Source: a virus
Taxonomy: Duplodnaviria; Caudoviricetes
Reading direction: 5' to 3' (one strand)
DNA: 60,874 nt
Virus record (IMG/VR): IMGVR_UViG_3300012913_000002
Coordinates: 1 to 60,874 of that record
Positions 36,301 through 47,500 of the stretch are shown here, piece by piece (the first letter of the stretch is position 1; each line of letters begins with the position of its first letter). The translations under genes were made by a program, and so were the position numbers. The notes beneath the pieces are model-generated. The model was not told the DNA's origin. It saw only the letters and a program-made list of their open reading frames with translations, and did not search any database.

Positions 36301-37106
36301 TCGACTGGAGCGTCCGGGAAAGTTTCCCAGATCTGCTCAATGCGGTTCCAGTAGGCCCGCTTACAGCGCCCACACCAGGTGTCCCGCCCGGCTCCACTAC
36401 CTGCACGCCACATGCGACCGTGGTCAATCCCAATGAACTGACGACCAGCATCGCCTTCAGTGCGAGTGAACTGCCGGACCGTACTCAGCCCAAGGAATGC
36501 CTCCTGGTAATTGGAGTACCTTGGTGAAATCTCTTGCCACCCTTGGGAAAGCAACTCGTCGACATAATCGCCCAGCAAGTCCCACGGTCCGACAGCCTCA
36601 ATTTCCGCCTCGGGCTTACCTTCCCAGCGGTCCCGGAACGAGACGACAGTGAAAATCCTCATTACGCCTCCTTGTGCTCGGTGCATTCGTAACGCTCGGA
36701 CGGGCCGCCGATCGCCCGGTACGTCCACTCCTGCGGCGTGCGGCTTTCGACTATCGCCAGCAGGAGCAGGGGGCAGTCCGGCTCATGCACGCACGGCCCC
36801 CGCTCGCACCACCTCTCCATGAACATGTAGCCAGTAGTGCTGTTGGAGAACGGCATCCGGTCCTCGGAGTCGTTCAGGATCTCCTCGTACGTCCTCATGC
36901 TGATCCCCATCCTGATCGGGCGTCGGCCTCAGCCGACCATTCCCTGGCCGTCACTTCATGGTCACTGGACTCCCAGGTGCCGAAGGGATGCTTGACTGTG
37001 GCGTGCACCCAGCCGCGCCCCTCTGTCCAGACCGCCGGATTTCGGCAGGTGTCGCACCAGGGGGCATTCCTGGCAGCCCGATCCTTGCGCCATTCCCACT
37101 CCTCGT

Positions 37107-38774
37107 TCATGCTGTGATCAACTCCTTGAACTCGTCGGGCAGTTTCGTGCGGGGCATTCCGAGGCGCAGGAGGGTGGTCCAGTCCTCGGCGGTGTTCTCC
37201 TCCTTGTTGTCGGCCGGGTCCGGAGTCCAGTAGGCCTGTATCTCCTCGGCGATGCCATTGTCGATCTGAAGTGTGGTGCGGCCTTTCAGATCCTCCGGGA
37301 TGTCCCGGCCAATGGAGGAGTTGCCGAACACCATCTTGGCGGCGTCGGCGGTGATGCCGCCGACCGCCGCACGTCCCTGGAGGTTGTCCCGGGCCGCTCC
37401 ACCGAACCAGGATGCGTCCGGGCGCTGGGTGCCGATGATCAGGTGGATGCCGCACAGCCGGGCCATGGCCAGCACGCGCATGATCTTGCGGTGAGCCGGG
37501 GAGAACTTCCCGCTCTGCTTGTACGGCTTGCCGTCCTCGTCCCGGGCATCCCCGGCCCAGTAGTCAAGCATCCGGTACACCCACTCCTCGAACTCATCGA
37601 GGATGACGATCCGCCTGCGGTGAGCACTGAAGGGGATCTTCTTGTGCTTGCGCAGTCGGTAGCGATTCATCATGTCCTCGTACAGATCGAAGGCCATGTC
37701 CCAGAGTTCGTCATCCTCAGAGTAGATCCCGAGCACTCCATCCCAGCCCTCAAACCCCAGCAGTTCCACCAGTTTCGGGTCAGCGAGCATCAACTCGGTG
37801 CCCTTGTCCTTCCTGGCCGTGTCAATCGCAGCGCAGACCAGGGAGCGCATCAGGGCGGTCTTGCCAGCGTTCGTCCGGCCAATGATCAGGATGTGACTGG
37901 TGACGTTGAGGTTGAAGTGGTGGCCGGGTGCTACCGGAAGAATGTTCCAGGGCCGGTCCGGGTCGAAGCCAGGGTGGTGAATCTTGTCAGGCAACTGCGG
38001 ACGCCGGGTGAAGCGCACCATGTCATTCTTGGTGTCCCACACCGGCATCCAGCGGTCGCCGAGTTTCGCCTGGATCTTCAGCAGGGCCTCGTACTGCTTG
38101 TCGTCCTTGTGGTCCTCGAAGCCGGTTCCCTTGTAGAAGACGCTGAAGCCGTCCATGCCCACGACGTCGCACACGTTGACCTGCCCGGCATTGCCGACCA
38201 GTTCCCGGAATGCCTCCTCGATCCGCTCAGTGTCGAGTTCGGGTTCGGCTGGTTGGTCGGGCTCTGCCTTCGGAGCCGATTCTGTCGGAATGACTCTCCG
38301 GGGGCGGCGGCGTCTCCAGCCTTTCTGGACCAAATAAGTGCCGAATGCCGCGCCGATGGACAAGCCCGACCACTGCAACCAGTCCATGGCTTCTGCATGG
38401 TCCTGCCGGAACACCTCCTGCCAGGTGTAGCCCGAGAGCATGATCGTGCCGGAGGCGTAGGTGAAGAAGGGTTTCCAGTTACGCGGCACACGGTTTCGCC
38501 GGGCGCGAGCCTGAGCCTCCTTGCGGGTCTTCTTCTTGTGGCAGGAGTTGATCCAGGTGGAACCCTTCGGCGCACACAGTAACTGGAGGTTCGCAGGATC
38601 GCTGCGCTGCTCGGGAGTACTCTCCACCTCCGGCACGATGTGGTCGATCTGGAGAGCGTTGCGCACGAAGTACTTCCGGCATCCGTCGCACTGGAACTTG
38701 CTGGGATGCCTCGGGTCCTGGCGAGCGTCGAAGATCGCCGTGCGGACCTGCGGATCAATCTTGGTCAGGCTCAC
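37107..38774 (-). CDS. HNH nuclease - TM - FtsK/SpoIIIE ATPase fusion (TcpA/TraB-like DNA translocase)
   Basis: CDGC...IDHIVP...NLQLLC...CHKKKT (HNH); two hydrophobic segments; HILIIGRTNAGKT, LADPK..EL, IVILDEF, ARLCGIHLIIGTQRPDA (FtsK). Confidence 0.85.
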   Translation of the reverse strand: MSLTKIDPQVRTAIFDARQDPRHPSKFQCDGCRKYFVRNALQIDHIVPEVESTPEQRSDPANLQLLCAPKGSTWINSCHKKKTRKEAQARARRNRVPRNWKPFFTYASGTIMLSGYTWQEVFRQDHAEAMDWLQWSGLSIGAAFGTYLVQKGWRRRRPRRVIPTESAPKAEPDQPAEPELDTERIEEAFRELVGNAGQVNVCDVVGMDGFSVFYKGTGFEDHKDDKQYEALLKIQAKLGDRWMPVWDTKNDMVRFTRRPQLPDKIHHPGFDPDRPWNILPVAPGHHFNLNVTSHILIIGRTNAGKTALMRSLVCAAIDTARKDKGTELMLADPKLVELLGFEGWDGVLGIYSEDDELWDMAFDLYEDMMNRYRLRKHKKIPFSAHRRRIVILDEFEEWVYRMLDYWAGDARDEDGKPYKQSGKFSPAHRKIMRVLAMARLCGIHLIIGTQRPDASWFGGAARDNLQGRAAVGGITADAAKMVFGNSSIGRDIPEDLKGRTTLQIDNGIAEEIQAYWTPDPADNKEENTAEDWTTLLRLGMPRTKLPDEFKELITA

Positions 38775-39742
38775 TTCTTCTCCTCATCCTCAACCTCGAA
38801 AGCCCACAGGCAGAGCCGGAACATGGCGTAGGAGAGCCCCGTGCTGACGGCGGCGAACTGGAATCCGGCCGTCCAGTAGAAGTCATCCAGGGTGACGCGC
38901 CCCCTTGGCCTCGGTGAGGGATTCTGCGGCCCGCTCGTTGTTGGCGATGAAGGCGCAGTCCTTCTCCCAGGTGATGCCGGTCTCCTGGAAGACGTGGTCG
39001 ACGCACCGGTCAGTATCGCCCTCGAAGACCTTGTGGTCGGAACGGTAGACCGCGCCCCAGCCATCGAATGACCGGATGGTGTACGAGGTGGCGTAGTTGG
39101 CCATCAGGGGATCACCTTTCCCTTCGGGTCGACGCAGTTCGTGTAATTCACGATCCGGCCGCCCTTCTCGTTGCATTCGGTGTTGTTGCCCTGGACGAAA
39201 ACCGCCGTCAGGCAACCGGTCACGATCAGGAGGATCATCACCACCACGATCTTGTGGTCGAGCGAGATCTTCTCGTTCACTCCCGGCCCTCCACGGCCTT
39301 CGTGGCACGTCCCAGGGCCTCGGCCTTCGCCTTGGTGGCTTCGTGGGCGCTGCGCCGGGTCCTGCCGATCTCCTGCGCAACAGCGATGAACGCCAGCGCA
39401 CTGAAGAAGATCAGCACGAACAGAATGAAAGCGGTCTGGTACTGGGTCATTCCGAACATCAGGGCTGCCTCCGTTGGTGGGCTGTCTTGTGTCCGCCACG
39501 CTTGGCGAACTTGGCTGTCTTCTCGATGAATTCGGCCAGGAGCGCGTCCATCTCGTCCGCGTCCGGGTCACGGTAGGGCTCGTCACGGACTGGCAGATAC
39601 TCGTCATCCACCATGCCTGCTGGCACCCGGCGCGTCTCCAGCAGTCCGTCGTTGAGCGCGAGCCGCTCCCGGGCGGCGATGGCCCGGGAGCGGACGGTGC
39701 GGATCTGCTCCAGCGCGTTGCTGGTGTCGCGGCTGCGGTCGG

Positions 39743-40237
39743 TCACTTGCGGCGTCCGCTGGACGAGGACTTGAAGGAGTTGCTGGACTTCTTGCTGGTG
39801 GAGCCGAACGAGTTCTCGCCGCCGCCACTCTTGACCGTGGTGGACTTGCGGGCGTCCTGGTTGTTCTTGATCGGTACGCCAGCCTGCTTGCCGGGGTTGT
39901 AGATGTTGACCGGCTTCGCGGTGCGGATCTTGCTGCTGCCCTGGAAGCGAACCTTCTGGCCCTCCGGTGCGGCGTACGATCCGCCAGCGACCTTGTGGCC
40001 GGGCTTGAAGGAACTCTTGTGGCTCTTGTGGTAGCCCAGCGGCACGAAGTACCAGGAACCGTGGCCCTCGTAGTCGTCGTCATCGGGGTCGCACTGGTCG
40101 TCCTCGTCGTACGGCTCGCCGGTCATCTGGTCGACGCAGACGGCCTCGTACTGCGGCTCCTCCTGCTGGCCACAGGCTCCCAGGCCCAGGACGAGAGCGA
40201 ACAGGGTGGGCGCGGCAACCATCGGGGTGATCTTCAT
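39743..40237 (-). CDS. Lipoprotein with 'AVCVD...C' motif and Ser/Lys-rich tail
   Basis: Lipobox LGAC; paralogue of 40348-40695. Confidence 0.65.
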   Translation of the reverse strand: MKITPMVAAPTLFALVLGLGACGQQEEPQYEAVCVDQMTGEPYDEDDQCDPDDDDYEGHGSWYFVPLGYHKSHKSSFKPGHKVAGGSYAAPEGQKVRFQGSSKIRTAKPVNIYNPGKQAGVPIKNNQDARKSTTVKSGGGENSFGSTSKKSSNSFKSSSSGRRK

Positions 40238-40310
40238 TCTGATTCTCCTCAGGGGGATTTCGTCGTCAATAAGGTAAGACTACAGCCTTGTCATGTCCTT
40301 GTCAACTGAA

Positions 40311-40341
40311 AGAGCCCGGCCGGATCGTCCGGCCGGGCTCT
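40311..40341. terminator. Terminator-like hairpin
   Basis: AGAGCCCGGCCGGA-TCG-TCCGGCCGGGCTCT. Confidence 0.7.
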
Positions 40342-40347
40342 GCCTGG

Positions 40348-40695
40348 TCAACCTCCGATGGTGCCGGTGTGGCCCCGGCCGAATCCACCCCGGAGCACCG
40401 TGCCGCCACTCTTGCTGGCACCGCCGACCTGGGCGTAATGCCCCTTCGGCAGGGTGCTGACGTAGCCACTCGAAAGTGGCTGGCCCACGGCCGGATACGA
40501 CCGGCCGATCGGGTAGTAGACGAACCCGTGGCCGTGGTGCTCGTCGTCGCACCGATCCTCGTCCAGGCGGACCTGCGTCTGCTTGTCCACGCAGACCGCC
40601 TGATGGTCCGGCTTCGGGTCCTCACCGCAGCCGGACAGGGCCAGGGCGGCGAACGCAGCCGTCCCGGCCGCCGTTACCTTCGCACTTCTCCTCAT
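40348..40695 (-). CDS. Lipoprotein with 'AVCVD...RC' and C-terminal RGGFG motif (DUF1190/YgiB-like)
   Basis: Lipobox LSGC; HQAVCVDKQTQVRLDEDRC; RGGFG...GG end. Confidence 0.6.
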   Translation of the reverse strand: MRRSAKVTAAGTAAFAALALSGCGEDPKPDHQAVCVDKQTQVRLDEDRCDDEHHGHGFVYYPIGRSYPAVGQPLSSGYVSTLPKGHYAQVGGASKSGGTVLRGGFGRGHTGTIGG

Positions 40696-41534
40696 GCCTT
40701 CTCGTACTCCTTGTTCCATCGGCCGAGCATCGTCTGCGCGGCGGCGGGCGTGATCTCCTTGTCCATCTCGTTCTTCATCGCTCGCACAAGATCCTCGGGC
40801 GTGAAGGTCCGCTGCTTCTCCCGGGATTCGACGAACGCAGGCCAGACCGGGTGCTCGCGCGGTGGGTAGCGCTTGCGCTCCGTAGACGTCTTCTGCGGCC
40901 CCAGCGTTGCTTTCACCTTCGGACGACGCTGAACCGGGGGCGTTGGCGGAGTCCGGGGGACCGCAGGCGGCTCATGGTCCACCACCACGGTTCCGGAAGG
41001 CTTCATGTCGGCCAATAGGTGAGCCAACTCGCCGCGCCAGTCGGGGAACGCCCCGATCTCGCCCGCAGGCGCAGCCGGGGGCTTCGCAGACTCGGTGGCC
41101 GGGCTTTTCGGGAGCAGGAGGGCTGCGGTGCCGCCGAACATGAGTCCGTCGATCAGCAGGGCCGTCAGGACCGCCGTGAGCCAGTTGAGCCGCCCGTCCC
41201 AGGTGCCGATGTCGGAGTTGCGGTTGTGCATCACCACGGACACCAGGTGGATGAAGGACACGACGGCGCTGGCGGGTGCGACCACCCACAGCAGCACCGA
41301 CACGACGCGCGGACCCCACTTCGCGTCGTCCCACGGGTTGTGGTTGGCCAACTCGATCAGCAGGAACGCCGCCAGCGGCGGCAGGCCCGCGATCCCGATG
41401 TCGACCCACGTCGGGTCCGGGGAATGCAGGTAGGCGGCAGTCACGTTCCCGGCCAGGGACACCCCGAGCGCCACGAGGACGCTGACGTAGCCCCAGAACC
41501 GGCCGACGGTGGTGCGCGGGATGCGCTTGGTCAT
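40692..41534 (-). CDS. DUF2637/SpdA-like four-TM protein with C-terminal cytoplasmic domain
   Basis: VSLAGNV, GLPPLA..L.IEL, AVVSFIHL and LLIDGLM motifs; Pro-rich linker; helical C-terminus. Confidence 0.6.
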   Translation of the reverse strand: MTKRIPRTTVGRFWGYVSVLVALGVSLAGNVTAAYLHSPDPTWVDIGIAGLPPLAAFLLIELANHNPWDDAKWGPRVVSVLLWVVAPASAVVSFIHLVSVVMHNRNSDIGTWDGRLNWLTAVLTALLIDGLMFGGTAALLLPKSPATESAKPPAAPAGEIGAFPDWRGELAHLLADMKPSGTVVVDHEPPAVPRTPPTPPVQRRPKVKATLGPQKTSTERKRYPPREHPVWPAFVESREKQRTFTPEDLVRAMKNEMDKEITPAAAQTMLGRWNKEYEKA

Positions 41535-42502
41535 GTCAGCAGCCCCTGACCACGCAGGAGCCGCACGCAATCGGGGCAGAGGTTCGAGGTCTGGAGGTGC
41601 CCGGCGAAGGTGACGACTCCGTCACGGGTCATCCATTCACCGCACACGGTCCAGCGTCGGAACGCCTCGCGGGCGTGGACCACTGTCTCATTGTCGGTCC
41701 ACACGCCACGAAAATCGTTCGGCCGACGCAGATCGGTCCAGGTTGGCCTGTTCACGTCATATCCTCCGTCATCTCCCGGTAGCCCCAGAAGTCCTGGACT
41801 GCTACGACTTTCATCGGCCAGCCGACGTTCCTGGCGGCCTGGGCGGCCATCCGCTCGGCAGTCTCACGGCTGGTGAACGGCACTACCTCGTGATCGTTCA
41901 CGGTGATCCGGCCGAAGCCCTGGTGCCAGAACTTGGTCGCCTCGATGTTCGCCTCGCGGCGGCCTCGGTCGCCGCGTTTCTTCGGTAGCGGCACGTCGCC
42001 TCTTGTCAGTCTCGGTGGCTTCACAGCGGTCAAGGCACCCACGCGGGTGACCTTGATCGCCGTGATCTGGTCTCGCTTGTTCAGCATCAGTCAGCCAGGC
42101 CGACATACCAGCCGTCGCCATCGGGCATCGCAGCCGCCTTCAGGGCGGGCGCGTGCATCTCCATCCGCAGCAGGCGCAGGCCGTCGTAGGCATAGTCCTG
42201 GTCCACGAACCGGACGATCCACTGATCGCCGGTCCAGGTGGCCTCGAACGGGCGAGCCCACTCGGGGTACGGGGTCTTGCCGTCAGGATTCAGCATCGTT
42301 CTCCTCTTTCGGTGAGACAGACCATCTGCCGCGCTGATCGCGCCAGACCTCCATCGGTATGCGGGTGAAATGGTGTGCGTGGTCGGCGAACTCGTCCGCC
42401 TCGAAGTGGAACTGCATCACCACGCGCAGGCGGGGCTCGCTGGCCGGGCTCGTGGGCTGGTAACCCATGCACCAGTCCGGCCAGCGATCGGGTCCACCAA
42501 CG

Positions 42503-43078
42503 TCAGGCATTGAGCCGATCGATCGCGGCGAGCATCACCTTCACGGTGCTCTGCTTCAGCCGGACGATCGGCTGGTCGCTGCGCAGGCTTCCGGCGACCA
42601 GGGCGAACAACTCGGTCTCGTCTGGGGTCAGCCGGGGCCGGGCCGGGACCGGCAGAGGCTCCGCCTTGGTCTGGTCCTTGGCGATCGGCGCGTAGGCCCG
42701 GGTGAGCCGGTTGCCGACCTGGCCGGGCAGCACGTAGACGCCGTAACCGTTGCGACGGTCCAGTTTCAGCGCCACAACCATGCCCTCGCGGTGCATGGAC
42801 GAGAGCGCGCCGGACACCTTGCCGTGGCCCTCGCCGGTCGCCTTCTCGATCTCCAGTGCGGTGCGGCCCATCGGACCGGCCTCGCCGAGCATCTGGAGAA
42901 TGCTGCGCTGACGCTGCTGGAGAACGCCTTCCTTCTCCTGCGAGTCGCGCGATTCCACACTGGTGGCCACGTTCACCACGTGCTGCTTCGCGGTCTTGGT
43001 GGCGGTGAACATCGGGTCCTGCTCAACCCGCCCTGTGGTGGTGTTGATCTTCGGGATGTCGAGCCGGGGGTCGATCAT
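42503..43078 (-). CDS. Winged-helix DNA-binding protein
   Basis: RQRSILQML...GRTALEIEKATGEGHGKVSGALSSMHREG. Confidence 0.6.
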   Translation of the reverse strand: MIDPRLDIPKINTTTGRVEQDPMFTATKTAKQHVVNVATSVESRDSQEKEGVLQQRQRSILQMLGEAGPMGRTALEIEKATGEGHGKVSGALSSMHREGMVVALKLDRRNGYGVYVLPGQVGNRLTRAYAPIAKDQTKAEPLPVPARPRLTPDETELFALVAGSLRSDQPIVRLKQSTVKVMLAAIDRLNA

Positions 43079-43360
43079 GAGTTCTTCTTCTCCTGACAGG
43101 TGGTCGAAAGACTGAGACCGCCCCAGTCACTCTGGGGGATCGAGCGAATGACGATGCCCTCGCGCCGGAACCGGCACTCATCGCCGCGCTGGCTGGTAAC
43201 AATGATCATCGTCTTGGTGAGCCGGGTGACCTTGCCGTGCCAGTGAGCGAGGGCATCTGTGCCCTGGCCCATCGCGCAGACTCGCTGCCCTACCTCGAAT
43301 TCATTCGTCATAGGTAGAGTCAACCAGGTCGACAACGACTTGTCAAGTCCTTCACAAGGA

Positions 43361-43831
43361 TTACAGAAGATCCCAGCCCCAGCGCACCATGAACGACCAC
43401 CGCTCCAGCACATCCGCGCCGTAGTCACCCCCGGTGGTCACCTCGTCCGGCTTCTTGCCAGCCTGGACGGCACGGGTGACGCCGCCACGCCCGGCGTTGT
43501 AGGCACAGATCGAAGCGCGGGTGACGGCGGCCGGGTAGGCGTTGCGGAAGTGCGCGAAATGCCCGGCCAGTAAGGTCCCAGCGTCCGTGGCCTGTCGCCC
43601 CGGGGTGGAGAGGTAGTCGTCCGGGATCACGAAGGAGCGGTCGTCACGCTGCCAGATCCCCCGGCCGTGCCCGCCGTCGCCGTTGATGTTGCGCAGGTTC
43701 GTCTCCCGGCTGCCGAGCGCGAACAGCAGGAACGGCGGCAGGCCGCAGGCATCCTCAGCCAGCCTGATCCACCACCAGTTGGCGACCGCCCGATCGAACT
43801 GGGTACGCAACTGCGCCTCGGTGATCCTCAC
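43361..43831 (-). CDS. Lysozyme-superfamily (goose-type/SLT-like) muramidase
   Basis: SRETN...GHGRGIWQRD...AYNAG...TTGGDYGADVLER. Confidence 0.75.
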   Translation of the reverse strand: MRITEAQLRTQFDRAVANWWWIRLAEDACGLPPFLLFALGSRETNLRNINGDGGHGRGIWQRDDRSFVIPDDYLSTPGRQATDAGTLLAGHFAHFRNAYPAAVTRASICAYNAGRGGVTRAVQAGKKPDEVTTGGDYGADVLERWSFMVRWGWDLL

Positions 43832-44037
43832 GGCTGCTCCTCGATATCGACAACGACCCGGCAGAGCGGGATGTCACCTGGCTCTGCATTTCGATCAGTC
43901 AGGACCTGCACCCCGACGTTCGCCGGATCGGCCAGCCGATGCCCCTGCTGCTCCACCTGGCGGCGCATCATCGCCTCGATCCATTCCATGTCCTGCTGGC
44001 TGCGCTCATCGAGTCGAACCAGTTGTGCGAAACGCAT

Positions 44038-44580
44038 CTACTGGAATCCCTTCGGGCAGAAGTCCTGAAGGTCGCCGGGCATGATGTCGCGCGGGGCCAT
44101 CGTGGGGAACATGTCCAGTGGCCGGATGTGGAACTTCACGGCGGCTTCTCGCCGGTTCCAGGCGATCAGTTCGGAGCAGAACAGGCGCTTGTCCGGGTGG
44201 TCCTTGGACCAGCCACGGAACTTGTTGTTGAAGAAGCGCGGAGCCAGCCGGGCGATGCTGGGCCAGTCGTATCCACGGTTCAGGGTGGAGTAGGCCCGGG
44301 TCACCAGATCCTTGCGGATCTCGTCGCTCAGGTGCTGGTCGAGCGGCCCCCCAGTGCTCCAGCGGAACGCGTCCACGGGCACCCATCGCTGCCGCACGCC
44401 GAACGGGGCCGCCTCCACGATCAGCACTTCCGGCTTGCTGCCGGGCGCGTCCGCACGCTCCGCACGCACGTCCACCACCTCGGCGGCGTGGCCGTACCGG
44501 CTGAACGTGCCGAGCCGGACCAGCCACATGGCTGGCCCGGCTCCAGGGGTGATTCCGAAGTCTCCAGGCCGGGGCATCAT
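44038..44580 (-). CDS. Permuted papain-like NlpC/P60 (YiiX/YaeF-type) enzyme
   Basis: PGD...YGHAA (His before Cys)...GYDW...LFCSELIA...PGDL. Confidence 0.75.
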   Translation of the reverse strand: MMPRPGDFGITPGAGPAMWLVRLGTFSRYGHAAEVVDVRAERADAPGSKPEVLIVEAAPFGVRQRWVPVDAFRWSTGGPLDQHLSDEIRKDLVTRAYSTLNRGYDWPSIARLAPRFFNNKFRGWSKDHPDKRLFCSELIAWNRREAAVKFHIRPLDMFPTMAPRDIMPGDLQDFCPKGFQ

Positions 44581-44590
44581 GCCCCGGATT

Positions 44591-47500
44591 CTACGTCCGG
44601 CCGAACACGGCCACGTCTGCCGGAGCCTGGCGCACCTCGAAGTCGCCGCCGTTCGGGCAGTTGGCGGTGCAGACCCACACGTCGTCGGCGGCGATGTACT
44701 GCGGCTTGGTGACGATCCGGTCGCCGTCCGGGGCGATGATGTCGCCCACGCGCAGTTCGCTGGCCGGGACCGTGTCGAATTCGAGTCCGGCCATCATGCA
44801 GGCGAGGTTGTAGACCAGAGTCTCCCGCGCGCTGCGGCGGAAGGCCACCCCGGTCTCGTTCAGTTCCCTGGTCAGGTCATCCATCTATCTCTCCAGTTCT
44901 GTGATGATCGCGGGCACCCCGCCGTTGATCCGGTCGGTGTGACCCTCGTACTCGAAGATGGCGGTGCGAACCCTGCCCGCCTGGTTGAACCAGACGGTGA
45001 TGATCACGTCGTCCTTGACCATCACGATCCGGTCATTCGTGCTGCCGACGCTCCAGCCGTTGTTGATGGCGGCCTCGTGAAGCCGCTCCCGGCCGGTCAC
45101 TTGCCCTTCTTTTCCGGCGTGGACTTCGGCGGTGACACCTTGCCCACGTTCTTGCCGGGGATGATCGCACTGTCGCTCATGATCGCCTCCACCATCTCGG
45201 TCGGTTCGGGCAGGCCCGCTCGTTGGCGGCCCACCGATGGGCCGGTACTCCGAAGATCTTCGTCTCCTCGTCGCACCGCTGGCACTGGTAACGCGTTCTG
45301 GCCACCGGGTGTCCTCGGGCCGCCAACCGGTGGTGTCTTCGAGGCCCAGGGACTTCCACAGGTGACCCTTGATCTTGATCATCACTTGCCCCGCAGGCCC
45401 GATTGGATCTCCTTGAGGAGACGATCGGCTTGAGAGCCGATTTCGATATAGGCGACAAGGCCGTCCAACTGACGGACGGCCTTGTTGATCCGCTCCTGCC
45501 GGTTGGAGATCATCTCCAGCAGTTCCTCGCGGGTTTCGCCGCCGACGATCACAGCAGCGCCTTCAGTTCGGCCTTGAGGCGCTTGGCGTCCTCGCCCTTG
45601 AAAGAGGTTGCGTTGGCGAGGAAGTAGCGGACGATGCCGTCGCCGCTGTCGGCGTGGTAGTTGTCGGTGACCGCACCGAGGTACTTCATGGCGTCCAGGT
45701 AGGGCCGGGCGGCGTAGTTGACGCCCTTGCCCTGGCTGCTCCAGACGGTCTCGATCTCGGCAGCGATCTCGCGCAGTGGTCGACTCATACGGCTCTCCTC
45801 AGAATGTGCATCGCCAGGTCGCGGATGCGTACCTCGCGCCAGTTCTTGGCCTTGCAGGGGTTGCACACGACGTGGACATTGCCCTTCTCGTCGGTGCCCA
45901 GGACGTTGGTGCCTTCCCGGCCGCATCCGTCCGTGCAGTTCATCATGACTCTATGGTCCTCCTCTGACAAGCGCCTGTCAAGCGCCTGTCAGTCTTCATC
46001 AGAACACCACCCTGGCTTCGCGTGCGGCCTTCGTCAGGTCCCGCCCTGCCTGGCCCATGCCCATGCTGTGGCCCCAGAGATCCTTCAGGATCTGGGACAA
46101 CTCCTCGGGCGAGCATTCGATGGTGATCTTGTCTCCGACGCGGACCAGTTCCATCAGCGCCGCACCCCCAGAAGGCGCTGCACGCCCTCGATGTCGCGGC
46201 GGGTGGTGCTGATGTACTTCGCCTGCTCGTCGATCGTGCGGTGCAGGCCCGCGAGGTTCGCGCTGGCCGTCCGCAGGGCGTGCAGCAGGCCGCCCACGTC
46301 CTGGCTGTGGGTGTCCGGCTGCACCTCGAACGCCATGCCCGGCAGATTCATCATGATCTGCTTCGCTTCGGCCTGTTCGGCTCTGGTCAGTTGGGTCATT
46401 TCAGATTCCGCCCTTCAGGATTGCGTCGATTCCGGCGACTCCGCGCATGGATGCCAGTTCCATCAGAGCCCAGCGCGGGGTGGGCAGGAGCAGGCGGCCG
46501 GAGGGGATGGAGAAGGTGACGTAGGTGGTGTGCTCGCGCTGCTTCAGCACCAGCATCTCCGCCTCCGCGTCCGTGATGGTGATCGATTGGGTCATTCCTT
46601 GATCCCCTGTTCGAGTCCGAGGGCGATTGCCCTGCGCTGTGCGATGTTCCAGGTGCTGCTGGTGGCCACACCAGCCAGCACGTTGTAGGCGAAATGGACG
46701 CGGTCGGCCGAGGCGATCCGGGAGATCTCCCAGCGGAAGTGGTCCCGCAGGCTGGCCGGGGTCCAGTTGCCGTCCTTGCCCATCCGCAGTTGCGGTGCCT
46801 GGTTCATCAGGCCATCGCCTCCTTGCGCAGGTTGAGGCGGATGGCGTTGCGGGTCCGCTGGCGGCGCAGGCCCTTGTTCTGGTGCGTGCCTGCCGCGTTG
46901 CTGCGGCGGCGCTCCAGAACCCGCTCGATCCGGTCGATGTTGCTCTCCGCGCTGAAGGCCTTGCTGGTCTTCGACATCGTCTTCATCCGTTCCGCTCGCG
47001 CCGGACGCTCCGTCCGGCTGATGAAGATGAATCTACCCCCTTGTCAAGCGCTTGTCAACTAACGCAATACGCCCCCTCCGAAGAGGGGGCGTAGCGGCGC
47101 GCTGGACGCGGGTCACCGAGGGGCAGAAATTGGACCCCTCTATCCGGCCATCCTTCCGTGCTCAGGCGACAGGAGAGTACGTGGAGTGCCGCCTGCGGTG
47201 AGGTTGACGCGGCTTCACAGGAGCCCGGAGGCTAGATCGATTCCCAGCCGAGGTCGGCGAGCGCGGTCACGAGGTTCGGGTGCGTGAGCACCTTGCCGAC
47301 CGGGGTCGCCTTCGCATTCAGGCGCTGGGTGAAGACCGGACCGGTCGGGTGCTCACGGATGACGTACCCGTCCAGGTAGGCGTAGGGGTGGATCTCGTCG
47401 TCGCGCCAGACGAGATCCCGCTCCACGTCCTCGGTTCCTCCGATGGTGCTGCGGACCTTGGTGATCATGTCGCCCTCTTCTCCTGTCCGATGGTGAGCAG

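Noticed and set aside
47094-47231. Possible tRNA or ncRNA in the intergenic gap
   Set aside because: No T-loop (TTCRA), D-loop or acceptor-stem pattern on either strand; only a terminator hairpin is supportable.
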